Part shown: piece by piece, positions 48,500-57,747 of the stretch
Numbering within the stretch: the stretch's first letter is position 1
Layout of the letters: every line of letters starts with the position of its first letter
Assembly (NCBI GenBank): GCA_026397315.1
Contig: JAPLVC010000007.1
Span: 45,450-109,449, forward strand
Origin: Candidatus Aenigmatarchaeota archaeon
Lineage (GTDB): Archaea > Aenigmatarchaeota > Aenigmatarchaeia > QMZP01 > QMZT01
Length of the DNA stretch: 64,000 nucleotides
Direction of reading: 5' to 3'
Made by a program: the position numbers and the translations under genes
Notes under the pieces: model-generated
What the model was told of the DNA's origin: nothing
What the model saw: only the letters and a program-made list of their open reading frames with translations
Database searches by the model: none

Positions 48500-49813
48500 A
48501 TGATAAAGGTCCTGCTTATCGGCAACGGTGCGAGGGAACACGCGATTGCGGAGGCTATACGCCGTTCTCCGCAGCCGCATAAACTTTATTCTTTCATGAA
48601 ATCCAACAACCCAGGGATTCGCACGCTCTCTGAGAAATGCGAGCTGGGCGATTACAATGATATGGAAAAGCTTTCCTCGTTCGCGAAAAACGTCGGAGCG
48701 GACGTCTGCGTTGTCGGCCCCGAGGCGCCGCTGGATTACGGGGCGGTAGACGCGCTCGCGAAGATTGGCGTGCCGTCCGTGGGACCTGTCAAAGAGCTGG
48801 CGAAACTCGAGACGTCGAAAGCGTTCACCCGCAATCTGGCCAGAAAATACAGAATACCCGGTTCGCCTGCATTCGAAATTTTCAGGGACATGGACGGTGT
48901 AAAGGAATTTCTGCAATCGCTGGATTCTTTCGTCGTCAAGCCTGACGGCCTGACTGGCGGCAAGGGCGTCATGGTCCACGGAGAGCATCTGAAAGACGTT
49001 AGCGACGCGCTGCGCTACTGCGAAAGCGTCCTACGTTCTCACGCGTCTGTCATAATTGAAGAGAAACTCGAAGGCGAAGAATTCTCGTTGCAGAGCTTCA
49101 CCGACGGGCGTTTTGTTCTCGATTGCCCGCCCGCGCAGGATCACAAAAGAGCATATGCGAACGACGAAGGCCCTAACACGGGCGGCATGGGCTCATATTC
49201 ATGCGCCGACCATCTGCTGCCGTTCATCAGGAAAAGCGACCTTGAGGAGGCGCATCGCATAACCGAGCTTTTCGCGAGGGCCATCGAAAAGGAGCACGGC
49301 AAGCTTTACGTGGGTGTGATGTATGGCGGCTTCATGGTAACGCGCGACGGCGTAAAGCTGTTGGAATACAACGCGCGCCTCGGAGACCCGGAGACGATGA
49401 ACGTGCTGCCGATACTCAGCAGTGATTTCATAGATTTATGTTTCGGTATCACGAACGGTGCACTAGCGAAAACGAAGGCCGAGTTCGATAAGAAGGCGAC
49501 CGTATGCAAATACGTGGTGCCTCAGGGTTATCCTGACAATCCGGTGAAAGGGGAGAAAATCGAGCTCGGCGCAGCAGCGGGAGCGAAAGTGTATTACGCA
49601 TCGGTGGACCAGAAGCCGGACGGCCTTTACATGAGCGGTTCGAGAGCGGTTGCATTCGTAGGCATATCGCACGACTTCGCGGAAGCCGAGAGGCTCGCTG
49701 AAGAAGCGGTGAAGTCAGTGAAAGGGAAAGTGTTCCACAGGCCGGACATAGGCACCCAGGCGCTTCTGGACAAGCGCGTGCGCCACATGGAAATGATAAG
49801 AGGTAAAAAATGA
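48500..49813 (+). CDS. purD: Phosphoribosylamine--glycine ligase
   Basis: ATP-grasp PurD family; N-terminus MIKVLLIGNGAREHAIAEAI. Confidence 0.9.
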   Translation: MIKVLLIGNGAREHAIAEAIRRSPQPHKLYSFMKSNNPGIRTLSEKCELGDYNDMEKLSSFAKNVGADVCVVGPEAPLDYGAVDALAKIGVPSVGPVKELAKLETSKAFTRNLARKYRIPGSPAFEIFRDMDGVKEFLQSLDSFVVKPDGLTGGKGVMVHGEHLKDVSDALRYCESVLRSHASVIIEEKLEGEEFSLQSFTDGRFVLDCPPAQDHKRAYANDEGPNTGGMGSYSCADHLLPFIRKSDLEEAHRITELFARAIEKEHGKLYVGVMYGGFMVTRDGVKLLEYNARLGDPETMNVLPILSSDFIDLCFGITNGALAKTKAEFDKKATVCKYVVPQGYPDNPVKGEKIELGAAAGAKVYYASVDQKPDGLYMSGSRAVAFVGISHDFAEAERLAEEAVKSVKGKVFHRPDIGTQALLDKRVRHMEMIRGKK

Positions 49814-50655
49814 CAGCCAGGATAATGGACGGCAGGAGGCTTTCGACCAGGATAATTTCAGATCTCAAGAAGAAGGTCGGGATTTTGTCGAAGAAAGGCA
49901 TCGTCCCGAGGCTGGATATCATTCTTGTCGGAGAGGACAACGCCTCGAAAATCTACGTGAGTAACAAGATACGCACATCAGAGCAAATCGGGATAAAAGG
50001 CGAACTGCACAAGTTCCCAGAGAAAACCAGCAAGGAGAAAATAATCAGGGAGATAAAGAAGCTCAATGCGAACGAGAAAGTCCACGGCATACTGGTCCAG
50101 CTGCCGCTGCCGCAGCATCTTGACGAGCAGGAAATAGTGGATAAGATAGAGCCTTCCAAAGACGTCGACGGCCTCACGACATACAGCATAGGCAGGCTCA
50201 CAACTGGAAACGCCAACTTCGAGTCGTGCACGCCGAAAGGCATAATCAGGCTCATTGAAAACGAAAAGATAAAGATCGAGGGAAGAAACGCTGTCGTGAT
50301 CGGCAGGAGCAATATAGTGGGCAAGCCCATTTCGCTCATGCTGCTCAGGCGAAACGCGACAGTCACGATATGCCACTCGAAAACAAAGCAGCTTCAGGAG
50401 CACACGAAAAACGCCGACATAATAATCGCGGCCGTGGGCAGGGCCAATTTCCTGAAGGAAGCGATGGTCAAGAAAGGAGCTATCGTGATTGACGTGGGTA
50501 TGAACCGCGACGGAGGCAAAATAGCAGGCGACGTGGATTTCGATAAAGTAAAATTCAAAGCCTCTTACATCACACCAGTTCCTGGCGGCGTCGGTCCCAT
50601 GACGGTCGCGATGCTCATGGAGAACACGCTGAAGGCGGCTAGGGCAAAACTCTGA
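49810..50655 (+). CDS. folD: Methylenetetrahydrofolate dehydrogenase/cyclohydrolase
   Basis: FolD motifs (ILVGEDNASKIYV, PLPQHL, GRSNIVGKP, PVPGGVGPMT); overlaps purD by 4 nt. Confidence 0.9.
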   Translation: MTARIMDGRRLSTRIISDLKKKVGILSKKGIVPRLDIILVGEDNASKIYVSNKIRTSEQIGIKGELHKFPEKTSKEKIIREIKKLNANEKVHGILVQLPLPQHLDEQEIVDKIEPSKDVDGLTTYSIGRLTTGNANFESCTPKGIIRLIENEKIKIEGRNAVVIGRSNIVGKPISLMLLRRNATVTICHSKTKQLQEHTKNADIIIAAVGRANFLKEAMVKKGAIVIDVGMNRDGGKIAGDVDFDKVKFKASYITPVPGGVGPMTVAMLMENTLKAARAKL

Positions 50656-51054
50656 TTTTAGCTGTAGATATCTTTTAAATTATTTTACTCGTTAAAAGTG
50701 AAGATGGGAAGAAATAACAACAGGATGTTTGTAAACAACGTTCCTAAACCAGAGGAACCACGTGCTACTGAATCCCCAGATTCGCATACATAGCGGGTTA
50801 GAGTGGCCCATAAAGGAATAGGCAGAGCATTGGCGGAACAGACTAATGGTGAGTATAATCCCGGAGATAACACGGTTACAACCGGTTATATAACCAAAGA
50901 AAAGATGCAACTTCTCAATAAGTATTACGGACCTGAAATAAGAAAATACAAGTTACAGATGTGATTGTTTTCAAATTATCGGAAAATTAATTTTTAAAAG
51001 ACAAAAACAATTTGGAATTATGTATAATAATTATTTGTGAGCGGGAGGGTTAAC

Positions 51055-51669
51055 ATGACTGTCAAGATTGGTGTGATTGGGTCGACGAAGGGAACGGACA
51101 TGCAGGCGGTAATAGACGCTATCGCCCGCAAGCAGCTGGACGCGAAAATCGTCTGCGTCCTTTCGAACAAGGAGGACGCATATATTCTCGAGCGGGCGAA
51201 GGACAACGGCATAGACTCGATATTCCTCGACTACGAGGGCGACAAGCGCGTCCTGTTCGATAAGGCGGCGGCGCATGAGTTTGACCAGCGCGGCGTCGAA
51301 CTCATCCTGCTCATCGGTTACATGAAAATACTTTCGCCGTGGTTCTGCACCCACTACGAGAACAGGATAATGAACATCCATCCGTCGCTTCTCCCGCTGT
51401 TCTCGGGGGGCAAGGATGTCAATATTCATGAGGAAGTGCTCAAGCTCGGCCTCAAGGTCACCGGGTGCACGCTGCACTTCGTTACGCCGGAAGTCGACCA
51501 CGGGCCGATAATAATGCAGTTGCCCGTGCCAGTCGAGGATATCGACACGCCCGAGTCGCTCAAGGGGAAAGTGCAGGCGGCCGAGCAGGCAGTCATACTC
51601 GAGGCGATAAGGCTTTACGGCGAAGGCAAGATCAAGGTCGAGGGGAATAAAGTGAGGCTTTTAAAATGA
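51055..51669 (+). CDS. purN: Phosphoribosylglycinamide formyltransferase
   Basis: PurN fold; GGGAGGG RBS before the ATG at 51055. Confidence 0.85.
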   Translation: MTVKIGVIGSTKGTDMQAVIDAIARKQLDAKIVCVLSNKEDAYILERAKDNGIDSIFLDYEGDKRVLFDKAAAHEFDQRGVELILLIGYMKILSPWFCTHYENRIMNIHPSLLPLFSGGKDVNIHEEVLKLGLKVTGCTLHFVTPEVDHGPIIMQLPVPVEDIDTPESLKGKVQAAEQAVILEAIRLYGEGKIKVEGNKVRLLK

Positions 51670-53240
51670 AGATAAAGCGCGCCCTGATTTCCGTAACGGA
51701 AAAGAAAGGCATAGTCGAATTTGCCAGGGCGCTGGAAAATCTGGGCGTCGAGATTATTTCTACGGGCGGCACAACCAAGGTTCTCAAAGAGAACGGCGTC
51801 AGGATTATTCCCATTGAAGATTTCACAGGCCTGCCGGAAATGATGGACGGGCGCGTCAAAACGCTCCACCCGAAGATCCACGGCGGCATACTGGCTGTCA
51901 GGGAAAACAAGGCCCACATGGACCAAGCTTCCGGGCACGGCATACGCATGATAGACCTCGTCGTCGTCAATCTCTACCAGTTCAGCAAGACAGTCGAGGA
52001 TGAGAACGTGGCCAGCGAAAAGGCGATTGAGAACATCGATATCGGCGGCCCGGCGCTCGTACGCTCGTCTGCCAAGAACTACAAGGACGTCGTCATAGTC
52101 ACCGATCCGCAAGATTACGCCAAAGTGCTGGAACAGATAAAAAGGAGCGGAGACGTCGACATGAATACGCGGCAGTCGCTCGCTCTCAAGGCGTTCAGGA
52201 TGACGAGCGATTACGACGGTGAAATCGACCGCTTCTTCAGCAAGCGCTTCCACGGCGAAGACGTCGTGAGGATGCGCTTCTCCGGCGGCAGACCGCTCCG
52301 CTACGGCGAGAACTGGCACCAGAAGGCGAAGATTTATGCTCAAGACGGCTCATTCTCACTGGCGAGCGCGAAACAGCTCCACGGCAAAGAGATGTCATAC
52401 AACAACTATCTAGATGCCGAGAGCGCGCTCGAAGCCTCGTCGGACATGATGCCCACGAAAAGCGCGGGCGCGGTAATAGTGAAACACACGAACCCTTGTG
52501 GCTACGCGACCGGCGCGTCCCTGCGCGAGGCGCTGGAGCACGCATGGAGCGGCGATCCAGTATCCGCTTTCGGCGGCGTGATAGCTCTGAATAGAACCAT
52601 GGACAGGGAAACCGCGGAATTCCTGAAGGACAAGTTCATCGAGATAATAATCGCACCGGCTTTCGATGAGAAAGCCATGGAAATTCTGAAAGAAAAGAAG
52701 AACCTGCGCTTGCTCGAGACAGGAGAGCTGACGCCAGAGACGAAGCATCACAGGTTCATAACAGGCGGCCTGCTGGTGCAGGACAGGGACTCTGGTTATG
52801 CAAACAAGAGCGAGTTCAAGACCGTGACCAAAATAGAGTTCCCGGAAAATAAAAAAGACACAGCGCTCTTCGCGTGCCTGGCGTGCAAGCACACAAAATC
52901 GAATGCGATAGTAATCGCGCGCGAATACAAACCGGGCCTGTATCATGTGATAGGCATGGGCGCGGGCCAGCCCAACCGCGTCACGTCGCTGAAGATTGCA
53001 TTAAAAAAAGCCAAGGAAAATCTCGGAGCGATGAAACTTGCCGAGCATGAGATTGCTAACTGCGTTCTCGCTAGCGATTCCTTCTTCCCGTTCCCCGACT
53101 CTATAGAGGAAGCGTGCAAACACGGCATCCGCTTCATCGTCCAGCCCGGAGGCTCGGTCAAGGACGGCGAAATCATAGAAACGTGCAACCTCCACGGCAT
53201 AGCGATGGTTTTCACGGGACGGCGCATGTTCAGGCACTGA
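51666..53240 (+). CDS. purH: Bifunctional AICAR transformylase / IMP cyclohydrolase
   Basis: MGS-like N-terminus (ALISVTEKKGIVEFAR) and AICARFT domain; 524 aa; 4-nt overlap with purN. Confidence 0.9.
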   Translation: MKIKRALISVTEKKGIVEFARALENLGVEIISTGGTTKVLKENGVRIIPIEDFTGLPEMMDGRVKTLHPKIHGGILAVRENKAHMDQASGHGIRMIDLVVVNLYQFSKTVEDENVASEKAIENIDIGGPALVRSSAKNYKDVVIVTDPQDYAKVLEQIKRSGDVDMNTRQSLALKAFRMTSDYDGEIDRFFSKRFHGEDVVRMRFSGGRPLRYGENWHQKAKIYAQDGSFSLASAKQLHGKEMSYNNYLDAESALEASSDMMPTKSAGAVIVKHTNPCGYATGASLREALEHAWSGDPVSAFGGVIALNRTMDRETAEFLKDKFIEIIIAPAFDEKAMEILKEKKNLRLLETGELTPETKHHRFITGGLLVQDRDSGYANKSEFKTVTKIEFPENKKDTALFACLACKHTKSNAIVIAREYKPGLYHVIGMGAGQPNRVTSLKIALKKAKENLGAMKLAEHEIANCVLASDSFFPFPDSIEEACKHGIRFIVQPGGSVKDGEIIETCNLHGIAMVFTGRRMFRH

Positions 53241-53247
53241 AAGATTA

Positions 53248-54576
53248 TTAAAAAAGTTCTTCACAGAAAGCGTTTACTGCTTCTTTCATGTCTGGCTGTT
53301 TCACGTAAAGGTTTATGGCAGGTCCCGCCACGTCGACCTGGGAGGATATGACTATGTTTATGCCTCTTTTGCCGAGTATTCCGGTGAGAAAAGACGTCGT
53401 CCCGGGAATGTCTTTCATCGCATCTCCCGTAAGGCCGATGCCTCCTAATGTTCTGGAACTCACTTCTGGCTCGTGGCCCAGTTTTTCCAGGTGGTTCTTC
53501 AACAGTGCGGCATAATCATCTTCATGGCCTCCGTGGTTTTGCATCACGACGCAAAGCTCGTTGGCAGGCATGACAGTCTCGAATGTGCTGTTGTCGCCCT
53601 CGTCAAGTTCATCTATTATCTTGCGGTAATAGCTCCTTATGTTGCTGTCCCGCACGTCTATGAGCAAAAAGTTGCCTGCTGAAATGACAGCGACAGGATG
53701 CTCTCGGGTGGTCCCGGATTCACTGGAAATGACAGTCGATCCGTCGTTTTCCATGCTTTTGACAACTATCATGAGGCCGGCATTCTTCGATATCTCCACT
53801 GCTTTCGGATGGATGACTTTCGCTCCTCTCCATGTTATCTGGCCCGCCTCGCCGTAGCTCAGCTTGGGAACAATATCGGTCTTGCAGAATTCCGGCTCGA
53901 CCCTGTATATGCCGGGAACCTCTTTTATTATTTCGTACCTTTGCGCGCCAAGCGCGCGGGAAACCAGCGCGCCCGTGATGTCAGTGCTGTTGCGTCCCAT
54001 GAGCTTGTATTTGCCGTTGTCGACGTGGCTTCCCACGTAGCCTCCGACTATCCTGACTGACTTGGATTTACGCGCGAGGTTTTTATTTATCCGCTGGATA
54101 GAAGCATTCACGAGTGGAAGGCCGTTGAAATTGACGCACACGCCCGCTTCGCAGCCGTCCGTGTAGGAGGCACAAATCCCTCTCAAACCAAGCGCATGGC
54201 GGAGCAGGATGCCGGAATGGTTTTCCCCAAGCGCAAGGAACCTGTCGTAATCGCGCTCTGCTAGAATGCCTTCCATGAGCGAAAGCTCCTTCTCAATTTC
54301 TTTAACTGCCAGTTTTCTTTCCATCCCATCGGCAACATTCTCTAATATTTGATTGTAATTTGCATGAAGTTCTCCCTTTAGGTCGCCGATTTTCCTCCTG
54401 CCGTCCATTGAATCGATGAGAAGGTTGCTGACACCAGACGGAGCAGAAACGACCGCCACGGGCGAATAGCCGTCGTTTATCTGGCGGGATAAGTATTCAG
54501 CGGCGCTGGTGAAGCCATGGTAATCTTTGAAAGCGGAACCGCCGAACTTGTCGCAAACGACATTTGGCCTTGGCAT
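53248..54576 (-). CDS. Aspartate kinase-like amino-acid kinase with C-terminal ACT domains
   Basis: KFGGS N-terminal motif, amino-acid-kinase fold, tandem ACT-like C-terminus. Confidence 0.6.
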   Translation of the reverse strand: MPRPNVVCDKFGGSAFKDYHGFTSAAEYLSRQINDGYSPVAVVSAPSGVSNLLIDSMDGRRKIGDLKGELHANYNQILENVADGMERKLAVKEIEKELSLMEGILAERDYDRFLALGENHSGILLRHALGLRGICASYTDGCEAGVCVNFNGLPLVNASIQRINKNLARKSKSVRIVGGYVGSHVDNGKYKLMGRNSTDITGALVSRALGAQRYEIIKEVPGIYRVEPEFCKTDIVPKLSYGEAGQITWRGAKVIHPKAVEISKNAGLMIVVKSMENDGSTVISSESGTTREHPVAVISAGNFLLIDVRDSNIRSYYRKIIDELDEGDNSTFETVMPANELCVVMQNHGGHEDDYAALLKNHLEKLGHEPEVSSRTLGGIGLTGDAMKDIPGTTSFLTGILGKRGINIVISSQVDVAGPAINLYVKQPDMKEAVNAFCEELF

Positions 54577-54729
54577 TTTATATGCTTATAGAGAATATTA
54601 TTTAAGTATTTTTATAACTGATGGTTATACTTATTTCTTATCATAAATATGTCAAGAAGGAGTAACCGCTTCGACTTCACCGGCACGTGTATGTTCAAGC
54701 ATTAAAAACGCGGCGCGATTATTTCTCTT

Positions 54730-56049
54730 ATGAATTATGCCGAGGCGACGGGTTACATACAGCGACTGAACAAGTTTGGCATGAAGCTCGGCCTTGAAAG
54801 GGTGGAAAGGCTTCTGGAACTTTTGGGAAATCCGCAGAAGAGCTTTCGCTCCATTCTTGTGGGCGGCACGAGCGGCAAGGGCTCGACGACAGTCATGATT
54901 GGCTCCGTGCTGCGCGAGGCGGGTTACAGGACAGGCGTCTTCGTCAAGCCGCATCTCTCGGATTTCAGGGAAAGAATCTCCGTCGACGGCAAAATGATTC
55001 CGGAAAGCGATTTTGTCAGGCTGGTTGGAAAAATAAAGCCGCTCGCCGAGAGGATGAGCGTCGAAAGCGAGGGACCGACTTTTTTCGAATTCATCACGGC
55101 GGTCGCTTTCGAGTATTTCTGCGAGCAGCGCGTGCAGTTCGCTGCGGTCGAAGTGGGGCTCGGAGGCAGACTGGACGCGACCAACACGCTCATCCCGGAC
55201 GTGTGCATCATAACGCATGTCTCGCTGGAGCACACGAACATACTCGGCGATACTGTTGAAAAAATCGCCCGCGAGAAGGCGGGCATAATAAAGCGAGGCT
55301 GCGTCCTGGTCACGGCGGACAAAAACAAGGACGTCTTACGCCTGCTGGAAAAAACCTGCGCCGAAAGGGGGGCGAAATTCCTCAGGGCGCCGGAAATAAG
55401 GAACGCGATTTCCACTTCAGCAGGGAATGAATTCATATTCGAAGGCGAGAGTATTTTCGTGGCGCTGGCCGGAAGGTTTCAGCTCGAAAACATTGCGTGC
55501 GCGCTGGCGGCGATTCGCTCGCTCGGCGAAATTCCCGTAAAAGCGATAAAGAAAGGCCTCGCGAATACGAAATGGCCCGGGCGTTTCGAGCTTGTAAGCA
55601 AACGGCCTTTCGTGCTTCTGGACGGGGCGAAAGACGTTGCTTCGACGAGGAGCCTGACCGGTTCGCTGAACCTGATAAAATACAACAAGCTCTACACGGT
55701 CTTCGGCGTTTCGGACGACAAGCTCTTTCCGGAGATGTTGCGCGAGCTAGCTGGCGCGACGGACTTTTTCATTTTCACGAAGCACAAGATGCTTAACAGG
55801 GGCGTCGAGCCTTCGGAACTCGCGCGCTACGCCGGGAAACAAAATAAAAACTTCATAATTGTAAACGACGTCAAGGACGCTGTGAGAAAGGCGATGAAGC
55901 TCGCCGGCAAAAATGACCTCGTGCTTGTGACAGGCTCGCTTTTCACGGTCGGGGAAGCGAGAGAGATATGGTTCAGAAAAAAATCCAGGATGGGGCGCGA
56001 GTTCAACGAAAACGTTAAGGTCGCTACCGAAAGAAATCGGCAGTTTTAA
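54730..56049 (+). CDS. folC: Folylpolyglutamate synthase / dihydrofolate synthase (Mur ligase family)
   Basis: VGGTSGKGST P-loop, Mur-ligase middle and C-terminal domains. Confidence 0.75.
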   Translation: MNYAEATGYIQRLNKFGMKLGLERVERLLELLGNPQKSFRSILVGGTSGKGSTTVMIGSVLREAGYRTGVFVKPHLSDFRERISVDGKMIPESDFVRLVGKIKPLAERMSVESEGPTFFEFITAVAFEYFCEQRVQFAAVEVGLGGRLDATNTLIPDVCIITHVSLEHTNILGDTVEKIAREKAGIIKRGCVLVTADKNKDVLRLLEKTCAERGAKFLRAPEIRNAISTSAGNEFIFEGESIFVALAGRFQLENIACALAAIRSLGEIPVKAIKKGLANTKWPGRFELVSKRPFVLLDGAKDVASTRSLTGSLNLIKYNKLYTVFGVSDDKLFPEMLRELAGATDFFIFTKHKMLNRGVEPSELARYAGKQNKNFIIVNDVKDAVRKAMKLAGKNDLVLVTGSLFTVGEAREIWFRKKSRMGREFNENVKVATERNRQF

Positions 56050-56073
56050 TATGGCTCAGAATAAATATAAAAC

Positions 56074-56568
56074 ATGAAAAAGGTTCACGCTGTTGCAATA
56101 CCTCTGGTCATTATCGCTATATTTGCTGTTGTGATATTTTTCACGCCGCTTTTCATTTTCCACGCAGTAAGCACGGATAAAAGTGTATATTCACCCGGAG
56201 AAAAGGTTTTGATTGCATCCTCTGATTTCGGATTCGGAATGTATTGCACATGTCAAAACCCGCAGCTGGAAATCTACCGTTTTGCTGATGAAAAATGGGA
56301 GAAGATTCCACACAATCCGCCTTTGGGGATCTATCAATGCGTGAATGAGACATTGTATCATTCGAGTGCAATGATGTGTGACACTATATTCTGTCAGACA
56401 AAGGTGGTTGAAGAGCGTTTTGAATACGGATGGTACGCGCAAATCTTCAGAGGCGAGGAAAGGACCTGCGGCAACAAAACATACACTTATTATGATAAAG
56501 TTGACGCTCAGAAAGGGACTTACAAAGCAAAATATGGTATGGCAGAAGCTGTTTTTGAAATTATCTGA
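56074..56568 (+). CDS. Hypothetical membrane-anchored Cys-rich extracellular protein
   Basis: N-terminal TM helix; 8 Cys; AT-rich. Confidence 0.35.
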   Translation: MKKVHAVAIPLVIIAIFAVVIFFTPLFIFHAVSTDKSVYSPGEKVLIASSDFGFGMYCTCQNPQLEIYRFADEKWEKIPHNPPLGIYQCVNETLYHSSAMMCDTIFCQTKVVEERFEYGWYAQIFRGEERTCGNKTYTYYDKVDAQKGTYKAKYGMAEAVFEII

Positions 56569-57168
56569 TTACTTCTTCTTGGCCTTCAGAAACTTGAAGC
56601 AGTTGACCACGCCTTTCTCGGTTACTATCTTGTGCACTTTGACGTCCATCTTGTTGGATGGTATCTCGTGCACAAGCTGGAAATCGTATCCCAGCGCTAT
56701 GACCGGCACCCCCTTGCTTATCTTCTTGAGGAACCTGTCGTAGAATCCCGTTCCGTAACCGACTCTGTTGCCGTATTTATCGAACGCTATGCCAGGCACT
56801 ATAACCAGATCGACGCTTTTTATGTCCATCTGGTGCAGGTGCTTGGGCTCAGGTATGCCGAATGAACCCGGTGAAAGGTCGTTCAGGTTGTCGAGCTCGG
56901 ACAGAAGCAGCTTTTTGTTTTTCACGTCAGCCAAAGGCACAAGTATCTTTTTCCCCTTGGTAAGGGATTCTGAAATCATGTCGTATGTCCTCACTTCGCC
57001 CCTGACTGAAACGTAGAAGAGGATTGTTTTTGCGCTCTTGTATTCAGGAAGCTCCATGAGTCTTTTCTTTATGGCCTCGTCTTTCGGTTGTTTGATGTCG
57101 CCTTTCTGCGTGGACCTCCTGGTGAGTATGTCCCTTCTTATTATATCTTTAGGATAAAGCCATGCCAT
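56569..57168 (-). CDS. 5-formyltetrahydrofolate cyclo-ligase
   Basis: MTHFS family motifs (ILFYVSVRGEV, VPGIAFDKYGNRVGYGTGFYDRFL). Confidence 0.75.
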   Translation of the reverse strand: MAWLYPKDIIRRDILTRRSTQKGDIKQPKDEAIKKRLMELPEYKSAKTILFYVSVRGEVRTYDMISESLTKGKKILVPLADVKNKKLLLSELDNLNDLSPGSFGIPEPKHLHQMDIKSVDLVIVPGIAFDKYGNRVGYGTGFYDRFLKKISKGVPVIALGYDFQLVHEIPSNKMDVKVHKIVTEKGVVNCFKFLKAKKK

Positions 57169-57263
57169 ATTACTTACATATTATGTCAATCAGTTAAAAA
57201 GCATGATGTTCTGAAAGAAAACTTTTATTGTCTGGCCTTATATATAATTTATTCGGTGAACGC

Positions 57264-57746
57264 ATGTGGGTTGTGGGAGTCGGTTACAAGCATGAGCATA
57301 GGGACCCTGCAGGTGAGAACGCGAAGGCTGACATACTTGGCCTGGGGTCTTATGACGTGAAAAACGTCAAGACGCTGCAGACATACGTTATCGACGGCGA
57401 TCTGGAAAGCGGCGACGCCGAACGTATAGGCAGGGAGCTGCTAGCCGATGGAGTAATACAATATTTCAAATTCAGTCATTTCTCGGATGACGGCAGTCAC
57501 GCGGCCTTCGCTAGTGCGTCAAACGCATGGATAGTCGAAGTGTTCTTCAGGCCGGGCGTCATGGACCCTGTCGGCCTCTCCGTCGCTAGCGCTATAAGCG
57601 TTCTCGGCGTGAAGAGTGTAAGGTCTGTGAGAACCGGCACCACTTACGTGATAGAGGGCGACCTGAGCGAAAGCGAGGTAAAGGCGATTTGCGAAAAATG
57701 CCTGGCCAACGACCTGATACAGACGTATGCTTACAGGAGAATCTGA
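57264..57746 (+). CDS. purS: PurS, tandem-duplicated (two fused PurS domains)
   Basis: Both halves match PurS (VIDGDLESGDAERIGRELLADGVIQ and VIEGDLSESEVKAICEKCLANDLIQ). Confidence 0.7.
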   Translation: MWVVGVGYKHEHRDPAGENAKADILGLGSYDVKNVKTLQTYVIDGDLESGDAERIGRELLADGVIQYFKFSHFSDDGSHAAFASASNAWIVEVFFRPGVMDPVGLSVASAISVLGVKSVRSVRTGTTYVIEGDLSESEVKAICEKCLANDLIQTYAYRRI

Positions 57747-57747
57747 A

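Noticed and set aside
50880-50990. ZTP or purine riboswitch upstream of purN-purH
   Set aside because: Conserved ZTP pseudoknot (CCGGGCGC-type) and purine-aptamer motifs were not found by eye; riboswitches are also rare in archaea.
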